Positions 19,136 to 28,670 of a stretch of DNA of 64,000 nt are shown in pieces. Source of the stretch: Myxococcales bacterium (GTDB lineage: Bacteria; Myxococcota_A; Polyangia; Nannocystales; Nannocystaceae). How positions within the stretch are numbered: position 1 is the stretch's first letter; every line of letters begins with the position of its first letter. The position numbers and the translations under genes were made by a program. The notes under the pieces were generated by a model that saw only the letters and a program-made list of their open reading frames with translations, did not search any database and was not told the DNA's origin. The DNA is taken from positions 320,071 through 384,070 of the forward strand of contig JACKDV010000004.1 of assembly GCA_020633315.1 (NCBI GenBank), read 5' to 3'.

Positions 19136-20686
19136 ATGACAGCCCCCGTACTCAAGCTCCAAGTCTCGACGAGCACCCGTCCCCTCCACGACGACGTGCG
19201 AGAGTTCTTCCAGCAGCGACAGGCGTCGTTCGGCGCGATGAACCTGCTGTCACGACACCTGCCGGAGCAAGAGCGGGTGCACGAGCTGGTGAGGAACGTG
19301 ATGACGGTCGACTACGCGATCGGTCGAGCGTTCGACCTGCCGCTCTACACCGACCACATCCGGGGCTTCGCGGAGTATTGGGGACGGTCCGCCTCGCCCG
19401 TCACGCTGCTCGACAGCAAGCGAACCAACTACCTGGAGCACTTCGAGAAGCTCTCGACACTGAGCGATCGAGAGCTCGCGGCTGCGTTCGGCACAGCAGT
19501 GGGCGACTCGATGGACACGTTCAACCTGTTCACGCCCAAGCAGTGCAATCTGGCGTGTCGCGGCTGCTATGCGGCGTCCGTGGCCGTCGACAAGAAGCCG
19601 TACGACGACGAGCAAGTCAGCAGCTACTTCGAAGGGGCCAAGCGCATCATCGCCCAGGCGCGCGCCCTCGGTGCGAAGACGGTGTACACCTCCGGAGACG
19701 GGGAGCCGACGATCTTCCCCAAGTTCTTCGACTTGCTCGAGCACATCTCCGGGCTCGGCATGAAGTGGCTGTTCTTCACCGCCGGGCTGAGCTTCTCGAG
19801 CGAGAGCAACGCGGTCCTCACCTGGGAGCAGATTCGGCCCTACACCGCAGAGCACATCGTGCGGCGGATCGCCGCCGACATCGAAGCCAACGAGCAGCGC
19901 GGCGAGGCGAAGCCGGTCGCCAAGGCGCTGCTGCTCGAGTTGGCGCGCTACCGCGACTCGATCGAGATCTATCACTCGATGTGGAGCACCGACGCGCAGA
20001 CCAACACGAGCTGGCGTAGGCCGCGTCTGGGCGACTACGACTATGTCACGGTGGAGGTTCGCGGGCGGCCGATCAGCGTGCCCTCGAGCTTGCTCGACAT
20101 GATGGACGTGGTCTTCCCGGGCGAGCACCGGGCGAACCTCGGCATCGAGATGCCGGTGAGCCACGTGTCCGTCTCGGAGATGAGCGACATTGCCGCCTAC
20201 GTGGTCGACAACGGGCTCAAGAGCTACTTCGAGCCGGCCATCTCCACCGGGCACAACAAGGCCGAGAGCCTCGCTCGGGTCTCCGAGCAGGAGCGCTCCA
20301 TCCTCGCTCCCCTCATGGTCCGCTCGCTGTGCTCGTTCCGCAATCTGCACCAGCCGACCGTGAAGCTGTGGCACACGGGTACGCACAGCACGTTCCGGGT
20401 CAGCCCGGGAATGGGGGTCGACGTGCGCGATCTCGACAAGGCCGGCGTGCTCGATGCGATGCTGGTCGGCGAGGGCGACGGAGGGTTCTTCGCGGCCGCC
20501 CACGGCCCGCTCATCGTCCACACGAACTATGCGTTCGTGACCGGCTGCAAGTGCAACGAATTCTCGAAGCGCTTCGTGAGCGACCGAGAGAACCTCGGAC
20601 GTGAGTGGCGCGAGATCGCGGGGATCGTGGACTCTGCCCGGCTGACCCCCGCCAATGTCGAGCAGGCCCTCTTGGCCAAGGCCTGA
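19136..20686 (+). CDS. Radical SAM domain protein, about 516 aa. The start is uncertain; in-frame alternatives are at 18896 and 19085.
   Basis: CxxxCxxC motif CNLACRGC followed by a Gly-rich SAM-binding motif (YTSGDGEPT). A ~135-aa extension precedes the motif and there is no Cys-rich SPASM-like tail. GC is lower than in neighbouring genes. Confidence 0.7.
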   Translation: MTAPVLKLQVSTSTRPLHDDVREFFQQRQASFGAMNLLSRHLPEQERVHELVRNVMTVDYAIGRAFDLPLYTDHIRGFAEYWGRSASPVTLLDSKRTNYLEHFEKLSTLSDRELAAAFGTAVGDSMDTFNLFTPKQCNLACRGCYAASVAVDKKPYDDEQVSSYFEGAKRIIAQARALGAKTVYTSGDGEPTIFPKFFDLLEHISGLGMKWLFFTAGLSFSSESNAVLTWEQIRPYTAEHIVRRIAADIEANEQRGEAKPVAKALLLELARYRDSIEIYHSMWSTDAQTNTSWRRPRLGDYDYVTVEVRGRPISVPSSLLDMMDVVFPGEHRANLGIEMPVSHVSVSEMSDIAAYVVDNGLKSYFEPAISTGHNKAESLARVSEQERSILAPLMVRSLCSFRNLHQPTVKLWHTGTHSTFRVSPGMGVDVRDLDKAGVLDAMLVGEGDGGFFAAAHGPLIVHTNYAFVTGCKCNEFSKRFVSDRENLGREWREIAGIVDSARLTPANVEQALLAKA

Positions 20687-20696
20687 GGCGCGCCCG

Positions 20697-21386
20697 ATGA
20701 CCGTCGAAGCGCCCAGCTCTCCCCCTCCGTTCGACGTCGGAACGCTCGATTGCTACAACGGACGGTGGCTCGAGCAGTTCGACCGGGCCGAGGGAACCGA
20801 TCTCCGGCTGCAGGAGGAGGAGAAGCAAGCCTTCGACCAGCTCGTGACCGCGGCCGCCGCTGGGCCTCGCTCGTGGGGAGAGCTCCGCTACCTCGATGTC
20901 GGCACCTGCACGGGGCGCTATCTCGCATGGGCCGTCGACAAGGGGATCGCCGCGGTACACGGGCTCGATTGCTCGCGGCAGGCGGTCGCGTTCACCCGGC
21001 GCCGCTTCGGCACCCGCGTGCACGTCGTGGAGGGGGACATTCGAGTCGAGGGCATCGGCGGCCGCTTGGCGCTGGGGGACATGGATCTCGTGTCGATCAT
21101 GTTCGGCACGTTCAACCACTTCTCGAGCGCGCAGCAGCTCGTCGTGCTGAGCAACCTCCGCGACTGTCTGCGGATCGGCGGGAGCCTCGTGGTCTCGTCC
21201 TGGCAGCCGGGGCGTTGTGACTTCTCCATCTACGACACCAGGCAGCGGGAGCTGCTCGCATCGCGGGGGTTGTCTCCGGTACAATTGAGCGAGCTTGCCG
21301 CCGGCTGCGGGCTCGAAGTGGCCGAATGGATTCACACGAGCTCGAAGTTGGTGGCTCGCATTCGACGGGCAGCCCGTCGGACGTGA
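20697..21386 (+). CDS. Class I SAM-dependent methyltransferase, about 229 aa
   Basis: Motif I YLDVGTCTGRY (v.D.GcGtG). Start codon lies 8 bp after the radical SAM gene stop. Confidence 0.7.
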   Translation: MTVEAPSSPPPFDVGTLDCYNGRWLEQFDRAEGTDLRLQEEEKQAFDQLVTAAAAGPRSWGELRYLDVGTCTGRYLAWAVDKGIAAVHGLDCSRQAVAFTRRRFGTRVHVVEGDIRVEGIGGRLALGDMDLVSIMFGTFNHFSSAQQLVVLSNLRDCLRIGGSLVVSSWQPGRCDFSIYDTRQRELLASRGLSPVQLSELAAGCGLEVAEWIHTSSKLVARIRRAARRT

Positions 21387-21449
21387 CCGGGCTCGCGGGT
21401 CCCTTCGACCGAGCTCCTCGGGGGCGCTCGGTCTTCGCGAGGGGGTCGC

Positions 21450-23396
21450 GTGGAGTACCGTAGAGACATCGATGGTCTGCGAGCGATCGCGGTGATCCCG
21501 GTCGTGCTGTTCCACGCGGGCGTCGCGTGGATGCGCGGCGGATTCGTGGGCGTCGACGTGTTCTTCGTGATCAGCGGGTACTTGATCACCACGTTGATCG
21601 TGCGAGAGCGCGCCAGCGGCAGCTTCTCGTTCGCACACTTCTACGAGCGCCGCGCGCGGCGGATCCTGCCCGCGCTGTTCGTCGTGGTGGTCGCGTGCGT
21701 GCCCTTGGCGTGGGTGACGATGAGCCCCAGCCAGTGGGGGAGCTTCAGCCGCAGCGTCGGGGCGGTCTCCGTGTTCTCCGCCAACGTCGTGTTCATCTTC
21801 CAGACGACGGGATACTTCGGAGTCGAGGCAGAGATCCAGCCCCTGCTCCACACGTGGAGCCTCGCGGTCGAAGAGAAGTTCTACCTCGGGTACCCCTTGA
21901 TCGTGGCTCTGGCGTGGAAGCTCGGACGGCACCGAGTCGCGGTCGTCCTGTGGGTGCTCGCTGTGCTCAGCTTCGGGCTGTGCCTGGTGGGCTACCGAAT
22001 CGACGCGAACGTGACCTTCTTCCTCGCTCCCCCTCGAGCCTGGGAGCTCCTCGCCGGCGCGCTGGCGGCCCTGCACCTCGAGCGCCACCCCGGCCCGTCC
22101 AACGCCGTGCTGCGTCGTGGCGGCCTCGTCGGCTTGCTGTGCATCCTCGTGGCCGTGGTCGTCTTCGACGACCAGACGCCGTCTCCCAGCCCCTACACCT
22201 TGCTGCCCGTGCTGGGGACGGTGCTCGTCATCCTCGACAGCGATCGCGGCTCCGCGTCCTCGAGGGTGCTCTCGAGGCCCTGGCTCGTCGGCATCGGGCT
22301 CGTCAGCTACAGCTTCTACCTGTGGCATCAGCCGCTCTTCGCGTTCGCACGCCTGCACCTCGGGGACCCGGGCGCGGGCGTCTACGCCGGCCTCGCCGTG
22401 GTTGCGCTCGGGCTGGGCTGGGCGAGCTGGAGGCTCGTCGAGCGGCCGTTCCGCGACCGGAGCAACTTCACTCGCCGTCGAGTGTTCGCGATGGCGCTGG
22501 CGGGCAGCCTCGCGCTCGCCGCGTTCGGCTGGCTCGGTCACCGGGGGGTGCTGACGAGGGAGCCCGGGGAGCAGTTCGACCACCTGATGCGCTCGGCGGT
22601 CCACAGCCCGCGGCGGGCGTCCTGTCACACGGGCGGCTTCTTCTATCTCGAGCCTCGATCCGCGTGTGAGTACGAGACGGGGAGTCTGAGCTGGGCTGCC
22701 ATCGGGGACAGCCACACGGTCGAGATCGCCTACTCGCTGGCCTCGAAGCTGTCTGCGCGCGACCAGAGCCTGCTGCACCTCAGCTTCAGCGCGTGCAAGC
22801 CGTCCTACGGCGTCGACGACGACGAGCCGTGCACGACGTGGACCCACCAAGCGGTCGACGAGATCCTGGGCCGGGAGTCCGTACGGAACGTGCTGGTGGT
22901 CTATCGGCTGGCGGATTGGCTCGACCCCGCTCGCGACGAGCCCGAGCGCCGCGCCGCGTGGAATTCGTACGTGGCGATGATCCGTCGGCTCGCCGAGACG
23001 CGGACCGTGTACGTCGTCTTGCCGGTACCCGAGCTGCCACGAACGATGGAGCTCATGGCGCTCGAGCACGAGTTTCCCCCGGGGCAGCCGCTCGAGTCAC
23101 TGGTCGTGCCGGGCCGGGAGCTCGCGGACCTTCCGGCCCATGTCGAGTCGATCCGCGAACGCATTCGAGCCGAAGACTTCGGCGATGACGTCGTCTTCGT
23201 CGACCCTCGCGACTCGCTGTGTGACGCTCGACGGTGCTACGCGGCTCGAGGCGGGCTCGCGCTGTACTTCGACTCTCACCACGTCTCGGTCTCGGGGGCG
23301 AGCTCGATCGCCGAGGACATCATTCGGATCCATGACGACCGCCAGCGGAAGGTCGGTGGGCACGCCGGACGCGGCGCAGAGTCGGACGAGCGCTGA
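21450..23396 (+). CDS. Acyltransferase family 3 (OafA/YrhL-type O-acyltransferase) with a C-terminal SGNH-like domain, 648 aa
   Basis: The N-terminus RRDIDGLRAIAVIPVVLFHAG...VDVFFVISGYLIT is the acyltransferase_3 signature. It has about 10 predicted TM helices followed by a ~300-aa soluble domain. Confidence 0.8.
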   Translation: MEYRRDIDGLRAIAVIPVVLFHAGVAWMRGGFVGVDVFFVISGYLITTLIVRERASGSFSFAHFYERRARRILPALFVVVVACVPLAWVTMSPSQWGSFSRSVGAVSVFSANVVFIFQTTGYFGVEAEIQPLLHTWSLAVEEKFYLGYPLIVALAWKLGRHRVAVVLWVLAVLSFGLCLVGYRIDANVTFFLAPPRAWELLAGALAALHLERHPGPSNAVLRRGGLVGLLCILVAVVVFDDQTPSPSPYTLLPVLGTVLVILDSDRGSASSRVLSRPWLVGIGLVSYSFYLWHQPLFAFARLHLGDPGAGVYAGLAVVALGLGWASWRLVERPFRDRSNFTRRRVFAMALAGSLALAAFGWLGHRGVLTREPGEQFDHLMRSAVHSPRRASCHTGGFFYLEPRSACEYETGSLSWAAIGDSHTVEIAYSLASKLSARDQSLLHLSFSACKPSYGVDDDEPCTTWTHQAVDEILGRESVRNVLVVYRLADWLDPARDEPERRAAWNSYVAMIRRLAETRTVYVVLPVPELPRTMELMALEHEFPPGQPLESLVVPGRELADLPAHVESIRERIRAEDFGDDVVFVDPRDSLCDARRCYAARGGLALYFDSHHVSVSGASSIAEDIIRIHDDRQRKVGGHAGRGAESDER

Positions 23397-23752
23397 TCGT
23401 CGGGACGGCGCCGGTCCCAGGTGGACTTCCTCCGAGAACGTGGACGCCCGACTTGGGCCACTTCAGCTCTCTGCAGGGTCTCGTAGTGACGACCTCGGTG
23501 CTGCGACTCGAGGGCGCGCATTCGCTCGTGCTCGGAATCGAGACACCGGTCATCGGGGTGTCACGAGTCGGCGTCGTGATCGTCACATGGTGCCGATCCT
23601 CGACCCTGCGCCTACATGGACCGAACGTGCCGCTCACTTCCAAGGTATCCGCCCCCTTCTTTCCGCGGCAGGGGCAGCAGTATACCGAGACCATGCTCGG
23701 TCTCCCCCACTCCCCCACTCTCCCCGTTGCCAAGCGAGCACCGCATTGGTCG

Positions 23753-24967
23753 ATGCTCGGCATCTGCATCGCGCTGGCCTCCTGCGCGGCCGACTCGTTG
23801 CCCACCGGACCGGGGAGCTCCTCGTTCCGCACGCTGTCCACCACCAACCTGACGACGTCGCAAGAGGGCGACATTCCGATCCTCATCACCGTTCCCCACG
23901 GAGGCGACCAGACGCCGGCGGACGTCGACGAGCGCATGATCAGCTACAGCGGGCTCGTGAAGTCCCGGGAGTTGTACCTGCGCGACATCGCCGTGGGGGT
24001 CGCCACGCGGCTGGAGAACGTCCACGGCATCACTCCCTACGTCGTGATCGGCGAGTCGCACCGCAAGTACATCGACTACAACCGCGACGACACCATCGCG
24101 GTGACCGGGGGCCCGCCGGAGAACGAGGCCTACGAGGACACCGACGCCGAGACCTACTACGACGAGTACCACGACCAGATCGACGCGTTCGTGAGCGACA
24201 TCGACAGCACCTACGGCGGCGGGCTGCTCATCGACCTCCACGGGACCACCTCGGTCTCCGACAAGATCCTCCGCGGCACCCGCAACGGCGACGCGATCTG
24301 GGGGCTGCTCTCGGGCTACGCCGTGAGCTCCATCTCGGCCAGCGAGGAGTACGCGGGGCAGACCGCGGTCATGGCCCACGACGGCGACCTCGGCACGCAG
24401 TGGAAGTCCTTCGGCACCAGCGAGTGGATCGAATTCGATCTGGGCTCGAGCGTGAGCATCGGCAGCGTGGAGATCGCCATCCCCGACGGCGCCACCCGGA
24501 CGTACGACTTCGAGATCGAGGTGTGGAACGGATCGTCCTGGGTGGTCGCCTACGACGGCACCAACACCCAGAGCACGAGCGACTTCGAGATCTACGAGTT
24601 CTCGTCCCCGATCACGGGCAGCAAGGTGCGGGTGTCCTGCCACGGCAGCAGCTACAGCAACGCCAACTACATCAAGGAGATCCGCATCCAGGAGCTCGGC
24701 TGGGATCCGATCGTGGGCCCCAACAGCGTGTGGGGCGAGCTGGCCGACGCCGGCTACTCGCTCGAGCCCACCAACTCCGAGTATGGCACCGGGGCGGAGA
24801 CGACCCTGATCGGCGGCTTCACGGTGGATCACCACGGCAGCGAGAACGGGGGCCTCGACGCGTTCCAGATGGAGATCGGCCTCGACTACCGCGACACCCA
24901 GGCGGAACGGGACGACCTCATCGTGGACCTCGCCGACGCGATCGACACCTACCACGACAACTACTGA
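23753..24967 (+). CDS. Lipoprotein: N-formylglutamate amidohydrolase-like (zinc-hydrolase fold) protein with an inserted F5/8 type C (discoidin) domain, about 404 aa
   Basis: Signal and lipobox MLGICIALASC. PILITVPHGG...IDLHG hydrolase motifs. A discoidin-like segment (GQTAVMAHDGDLGTQWKS..EWIEFDLG). The start could be the Met at 23693. Confidence 0.6.
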   Translation: MLGICIALASCAADSLPTGPGSSSFRTLSTTNLTTSQEGDIPILITVPHGGDQTPADVDERMISYSGLVKSRELYLRDIAVGVATRLENVHGITPYVVIGESHRKYIDYNRDDTIAVTGGPPENEAYEDTDAETYYDEYHDQIDAFVSDIDSTYGGGLLIDLHGTTSVSDKILRGTRNGDAIWGLLSGYAVSSISASEEYAGQTAVMAHDGDLGTQWKSFGTSEWIEFDLGSSVSIGSVEIAIPDGATRTYDFEIEVWNGSSWVVAYDGTNTQSTSDFEIYEFSSPITGSKVRVSCHGSSYSNANYIKEIRIQELGWDPIVGPNSVWGELADAGYSLEPTNSEYGTGAETTLIGGFTVDHHGSENGGLDAFQMEIGLDYRDTQAERDDLIVDLADAIDTYHDNY

Positions 24968-25082
24968 CCACGGCCGTGAGGGCCCGTCTCCACCGCGAGC
25001 CGGGCCCCATCCGCTTCGGGACCGATCGGGGGACCCTCGGGCCGCCCCCGCCCAGGCAGGCGGGAGCCGGCCGCGGCTCGGC

Positions 25083-25460
25083 TCAGAGCGTGGAGATCCA
25101 GGCCCGTGCTTCCTCGCGCTCGGCGACGGGCCAGGCTCGGACCTCGCCGGAGATCAGCGGTCCGAAGAGGCGGACCGCCCCCAAGAAGACCGGGTGATCG
25201 GTCACGACGGCGATGCGCTCGAAGTCTCGGAGGTGCTCCCCCCCGACGCGCGCGTCGTCCCACAGCGCGTGCGCGGTGTATCCCTCGAACCCCTCGCCGA
25301 GCTCGTAGTAGAAGCGCACCTTGTGTCCGGAAGCCCTCGCGGCCTCGAGCCCCGCCTCCAGGGCCGGGACCAGGGTCTTCGTGTAGTCGTCGTGAGTCAC
25401 GTGGCCCGACGCACGCAGGGCCACGACTCGATCCGTGCCGATGTCGATGTTCTCGATCAT
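25083..25460 (-). CDS. STAS/SpoIIAA-like (DUF3478-like) small protein, about 125 aa
   Basis: MIENIDIGTDRVVALRASGHVTHDDY..KVRFYYELGEGFEG..FERIAVVTDHPVF pattern typical of SpoIIAA-like or STAS/SEC14-like small proteins. Confidence 0.5.
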   Translation of the reverse strand: MIENIDIGTDRVVALRASGHVTHDDYTKTLVPALEAGLEAARASGHKVRFYYELGEGFEGYTAHALWDDARVGGEHLRDFERIAVVTDHPVFLGAVRLFGPLISGEVRAWPVAEREEARAWISTL

Positions 25461-25743
25461 GATGCCTCGAGTGATCTTCGATCGGCACCGAGGGAGATTC
25501 AACCCATCCTCGAGGAGGCGCTCGACCGCCACGTCCCATGGGCACCGCTCTCGGTGAGCTCGACCCAGAGCACGCGATCGTCATCGAGCGTGATGAGGCC
25601 CGCACGCGCGAAGCGACTCGCTTCGATGTCGAGACTCGGATGAACGGCGGGCGACGAGGTCGATTTCCTGGGCTCGGACGGCTCCAGCCCGGGGATGGCC
25701 TCGAGCACCCTCTCGTCGGCGCGATCGACTACCATCGACGACG

Positions 25744-26889
25744 ATGACGAGAGAGATCGGCAGACGGTGGATCGGGGTCGCATTGCTCCCGCTGGGCCTG
25801 GGCCTGGCGTGCCGCGGAACCACGCCTTCACCCGCCGACGGCGGCGAGACGCCGTCGCCGCTGGCGCTCGGTCCCGAGGCTCCGGCCGCCGAATCGTCCG
25901 CAGCATCGCCGGATGTCGGGACCCCGCCCGGTGCGGACGCCGACGGCCCGGAGCCCGCCGCGGCCGGTCTCGTGCCCGGCGAGTCGGATGACGAGGGGGA
26001 GGAGGACGATCCCCGCGGCTTCACGCCGGTCGACATCGACAGCGTGGCCCATGTCGAGGAGGTCACTCTTCCCGCGACGGGCCGGGCCGCGCTGGGCATC
26101 GACACGCTGGGGCTCGACGACGTGTACTGGGCCGAGCGACGCGACGACCGGCTGGTCATCGACACCATGTACTTCGACGAGGCCGAGCTCGAGGCGATGG
26201 TGGAGCCGGTCGCGGCGGCGGAGCGTGACGACCGGCCCCCTCCGCCACCGCAGGCTCGTCCGCCCGGCCTCGTGACCTTCCGCCCTGGTGAGAGCATGCA
26301 AGTGATCGCGCCGGGCGAGCGGGTGACCTGGGCGCTGCGGGCGTTCTCGGTCGAGCTGGGCGCCTCGAACGGCTACCTGCTGGCGTACTTCGGCAAGGAG
26401 AGCCGGCGCGTGCCCGAGGCGCTGGTGCTGCGCACGAAGGAGGCCCATCCCGGCGCGGTGCTCCGGGCTCCCCGTACCACCCCGGCCGACGCCGCGCTGC
26501 TGGCCGTCGTGCGTGGCTGGGTCGGGGCCGATCCGGTCGCGACGCGCCTGGACGCCTCCCAGGTGCGCCGGGCTCCAATCGGGGCCCCCGGCGGCGAGGG
26601 CCAGCTCGTCGCGGTCTCGGTGCTGCTGGACGTCGAGAACCCCGAGGACGACTACCCCGGCCACTGGTCGGCCCTGGTGGTGCTGGACCCCGAGGGCGGG
26701 ACGTACCCGGTGGTCCGACCGCAGCGGCGCGGGCACGAGCTGCAGCCGGCCTACCTGGTCGACCTAGACGGAGATGGCATCGACGCGATCGTGTTCCGCA
26801 GCGACGACGTGCACTCCGGCTACACGTACCTGGCGGTCTGGGATGGAAGTGCGTATCGCAACCTGCGGCTGACCGGCTCGGGAGGGTAG
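25744..26889 (+). CDS. Hypothetical lipoprotein with an acidic Pro/Ala-rich linker, 381 aa
   Basis: Signal and lipobox LPLGLGLAC. No recognisable catalytic motifs. Confidence 0.55.
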   Translation: MTREIGRRWIGVALLPLGLGLACRGTTPSPADGGETPSPLALGPEAPAAESSAASPDVGTPPGADADGPEPAAAGLVPGESDDEGEEDDPRGFTPVDIDSVAHVEEVTLPATGRAALGIDTLGLDDVYWAERRDDRLVIDTMYFDEAELEAMVEPVAAAERDDRPPPPPQARPPGLVTFRPGESMQVIAPGERVTWALRAFSVELGASNGYLLAYFGKESRRVPEALVLRTKEAHPGAVLRAPRTTPADAALLAVVRGWVGADPVATRLDASQVRRAPIGAPGGEGQLVAVSVLLDVENPEDDYPGHWSALVVLDPEGGTYPVVRPQRRGHELQPAYLVDLDGDGIDAIVFRSDDVHSGYTYLAVWDGSAYRNLRLTGSGG

Positions 26890-27080
26890 GCATCTGCGGC
26901 CGCGATACCGCACGCCTCCTTCGGACCCGCCATCGCCCCCTCATCGAGATCGGCGACGTGTGTGGATTCGCCGACGGCACCCCTGCTCCCGCCGTCGGCG
27001 GGCGACCGCGCGAGCTCCCACCAGCCGCGGCGTCGACGGTGGCGACGCCTTCGTGTAGGCTCGTTCGAGGAGTCCCGACC

Positions 27081-27335
27081 ATGGCGATGCAAGGCGTACG
27101 CAAGGTGTTCTTCGTGGGTCCGGACCGCAACGACCCCACGTGCAAGGTGGCGACGATGGAGCTGACCTGCGGATGCAAGGTGACCCAGTCGATCAAGGGC
27201 TCGTGGCTGCGGGAGCTGAGCGAGGCGGGCTATGTGGTCGACGGCGAGGTCGCCTGCCCCAAGGGGCACGAGCTGCCGGCATCGCTCAAGACCAAGTCCA
27301 CCCTCATCGATCGCGCGCTCGGCCGGCGCCGCTGA
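27081..27335 (+). CDS. Small Cys-rich hypothetical protein (84 aa)
   Basis: GAGGAG ribosome-binding site 9 bp upstream of the ATG. Cys pattern C..x..CGC..CPKGH suggests a zinc-binding module. Confidence 0.45.
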   Translation: MAMQGVRKVFFVGPDRNDPTCKVATMELTCGCKVTQSIKGSWLRELSEAGYVVDGEVACPKGHELPASLKTKSTLIDRALGRRR

Positions 27336-27491
27336 GCACCCGAGTCGGGCTCCAGGCCGTCGAGCATCAGGGCGGCGAGCTCGGCTGCGCCAGCCACCGC
27401 TCCACCTCGTCGCAGCGGCCAACGCCCCGTCGTTGCACCGAGCTCGCGACCCCCTCGGATCGGGCGCTCGCCTGCTCCCCTCGGGATGAGC

Positions 27492-28259
27492 TCACAGCGG
27501 CTCGAGCTCGGGCGGCAGCTCGTCCTCCATCAGCCATGCATCCACGGTCGCCGAGAACAGCTCCGGCCGCTCTCCCGACCAGGCATGGTGACACCCAGGG
27601 GCGAGCCTCGCCTCGGCGTGGGGCAGCCGCTGCTCGAGCACCCGCTGCGACTCGATGGTCAGCGCCTGCTCCTCGGCGCCCGCGAGCAACAAGGTGGGCG
27701 CCTCGATCCGCCCCAGTCCCGGCGGCAGGAAGTCCCCGAGCAGCTGGTCGTTGATCCGAAAGAACGACCGCCGGTCCAGCGCCAGCCCGGCCTCGTGGAA
27801 CCCCTCGCGCGCCTCGGCCGGCAGCTTCAGCGCCCGAGCCACCAGCCCCTCGGCTCCCGGCAGCTGGGTCAGCGCCCCGACGGCCAGGCTCGCCCACGTC
27901 ATCCACCGCGACAGCGGCCGCGCGAGGGCCCCGGTGAGCACCGCCCTCCCCACCCGCTCGGGCGCCGACGCCAGCAGGTGCAGCCCGGTGATCGCTCCGA
28001 GCGACATCCCCACGACGTGAGCCCGCTGGTCGATCCCCAGCTCGTCGAGCACCGCCACCAATTCCATCGCCGTGTCATCGAACGAGATCCACTCGATCCC
28101 GTGGCTGCCACCGTGCCCAGGGAGGTCGACGACCACCGACCGGTAGTCGGGCAGGGCCTCGAGCTGCGGATGCCACATCCAGCCCGAGACGAGCGCGCCG
28201 TGGATCCACAGCACGGGCTCGCCCTCGGGATCTCCGTAGACGCGATGCTCCAGGGTCAC
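27492..28259 (-). CDS. Alpha/beta-hydrolase fold protein, about 255 aa (GTG start inferred)
   Basis: HGALVSGWMW (oxyanion region) and nucleophile elbow HVVGMSLGA (GxSxG). The upstream part of the 368-aa ORF is low-complexity read-through. Confidence 0.65.
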   Translation of the reverse strand: MTLEHRVYGDPEGEPVLWIHGALVSGWMWHPQLEALPDYRSVVVDLPGHGGSHGIEWISFDDTAMELVAVLDELGIDQRAHVVGMSLGAITGLHLLASAPERVGRAVLTGALARPLSRWMTWASLAVGALTQLPGAEGLVARALKLPAEAREGFHEAGLALDRRSFFRINDQLLGDFLPPGLGRIEAPTLLLAGAEEQALTIESQRVLEQRLPHAEARLAPGCHHAWSGERPELFSATVDAWLMEDELPPELEPL

Positions 28260-28670
28260 CTCGCGGAGCGTGCCACGGATCCTCCGCCCCTCGTGCCGAC
28301 CGCGGGCGCAGTTCTTGCCGCTCGGCCGGCCGTGGCCAGCCGAAGCGAGCGCCGTAGATACCGTCACCTCGAGCCAAGGCTCCCCGGGCTCGCGATCGGC
28401 GGCTCGCTTGGTTGTGACCTCCCTGTTGCGCAGCGTGGGATCGAGCGGGGTCACCGGGACGGTCGCCCGACTCCCGACTTCCCCGTGGAGCCGCGTGCCC
28501 TCGCTGGGCTCCGGGGCATCGCCCGCCCCGCCGTCTGCTGGGATGGATCGGCCAGCTCCACGAGCTGGTGTGACACGGCCGCGCTCGAGCGCAATCATTT
28601 CGGAGGCGACGATGCATGGCCCTGCGCGCGGCTGCTAGGGTCCGAGTCACCAGTGCATCTTCGTGGACGC

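Noticed and set aside
20511-23069. 852-aa minus-strand ORF opposite the methyltransferase and acyltransferase genes
   Set aside because: It is a shadow ORF. The + strand products have clear methyltransferase motif I and acyltransferase-3 signatures.
23140-25197. 685-aa + strand ORF overlapping the amidohydrolase/discoidin lipoprotein gene
   Set aside because: It is an alternative-frame, Arg/Gly-rich, low-complexity ORF. The 23753..24967 frame carries recognisable domains.
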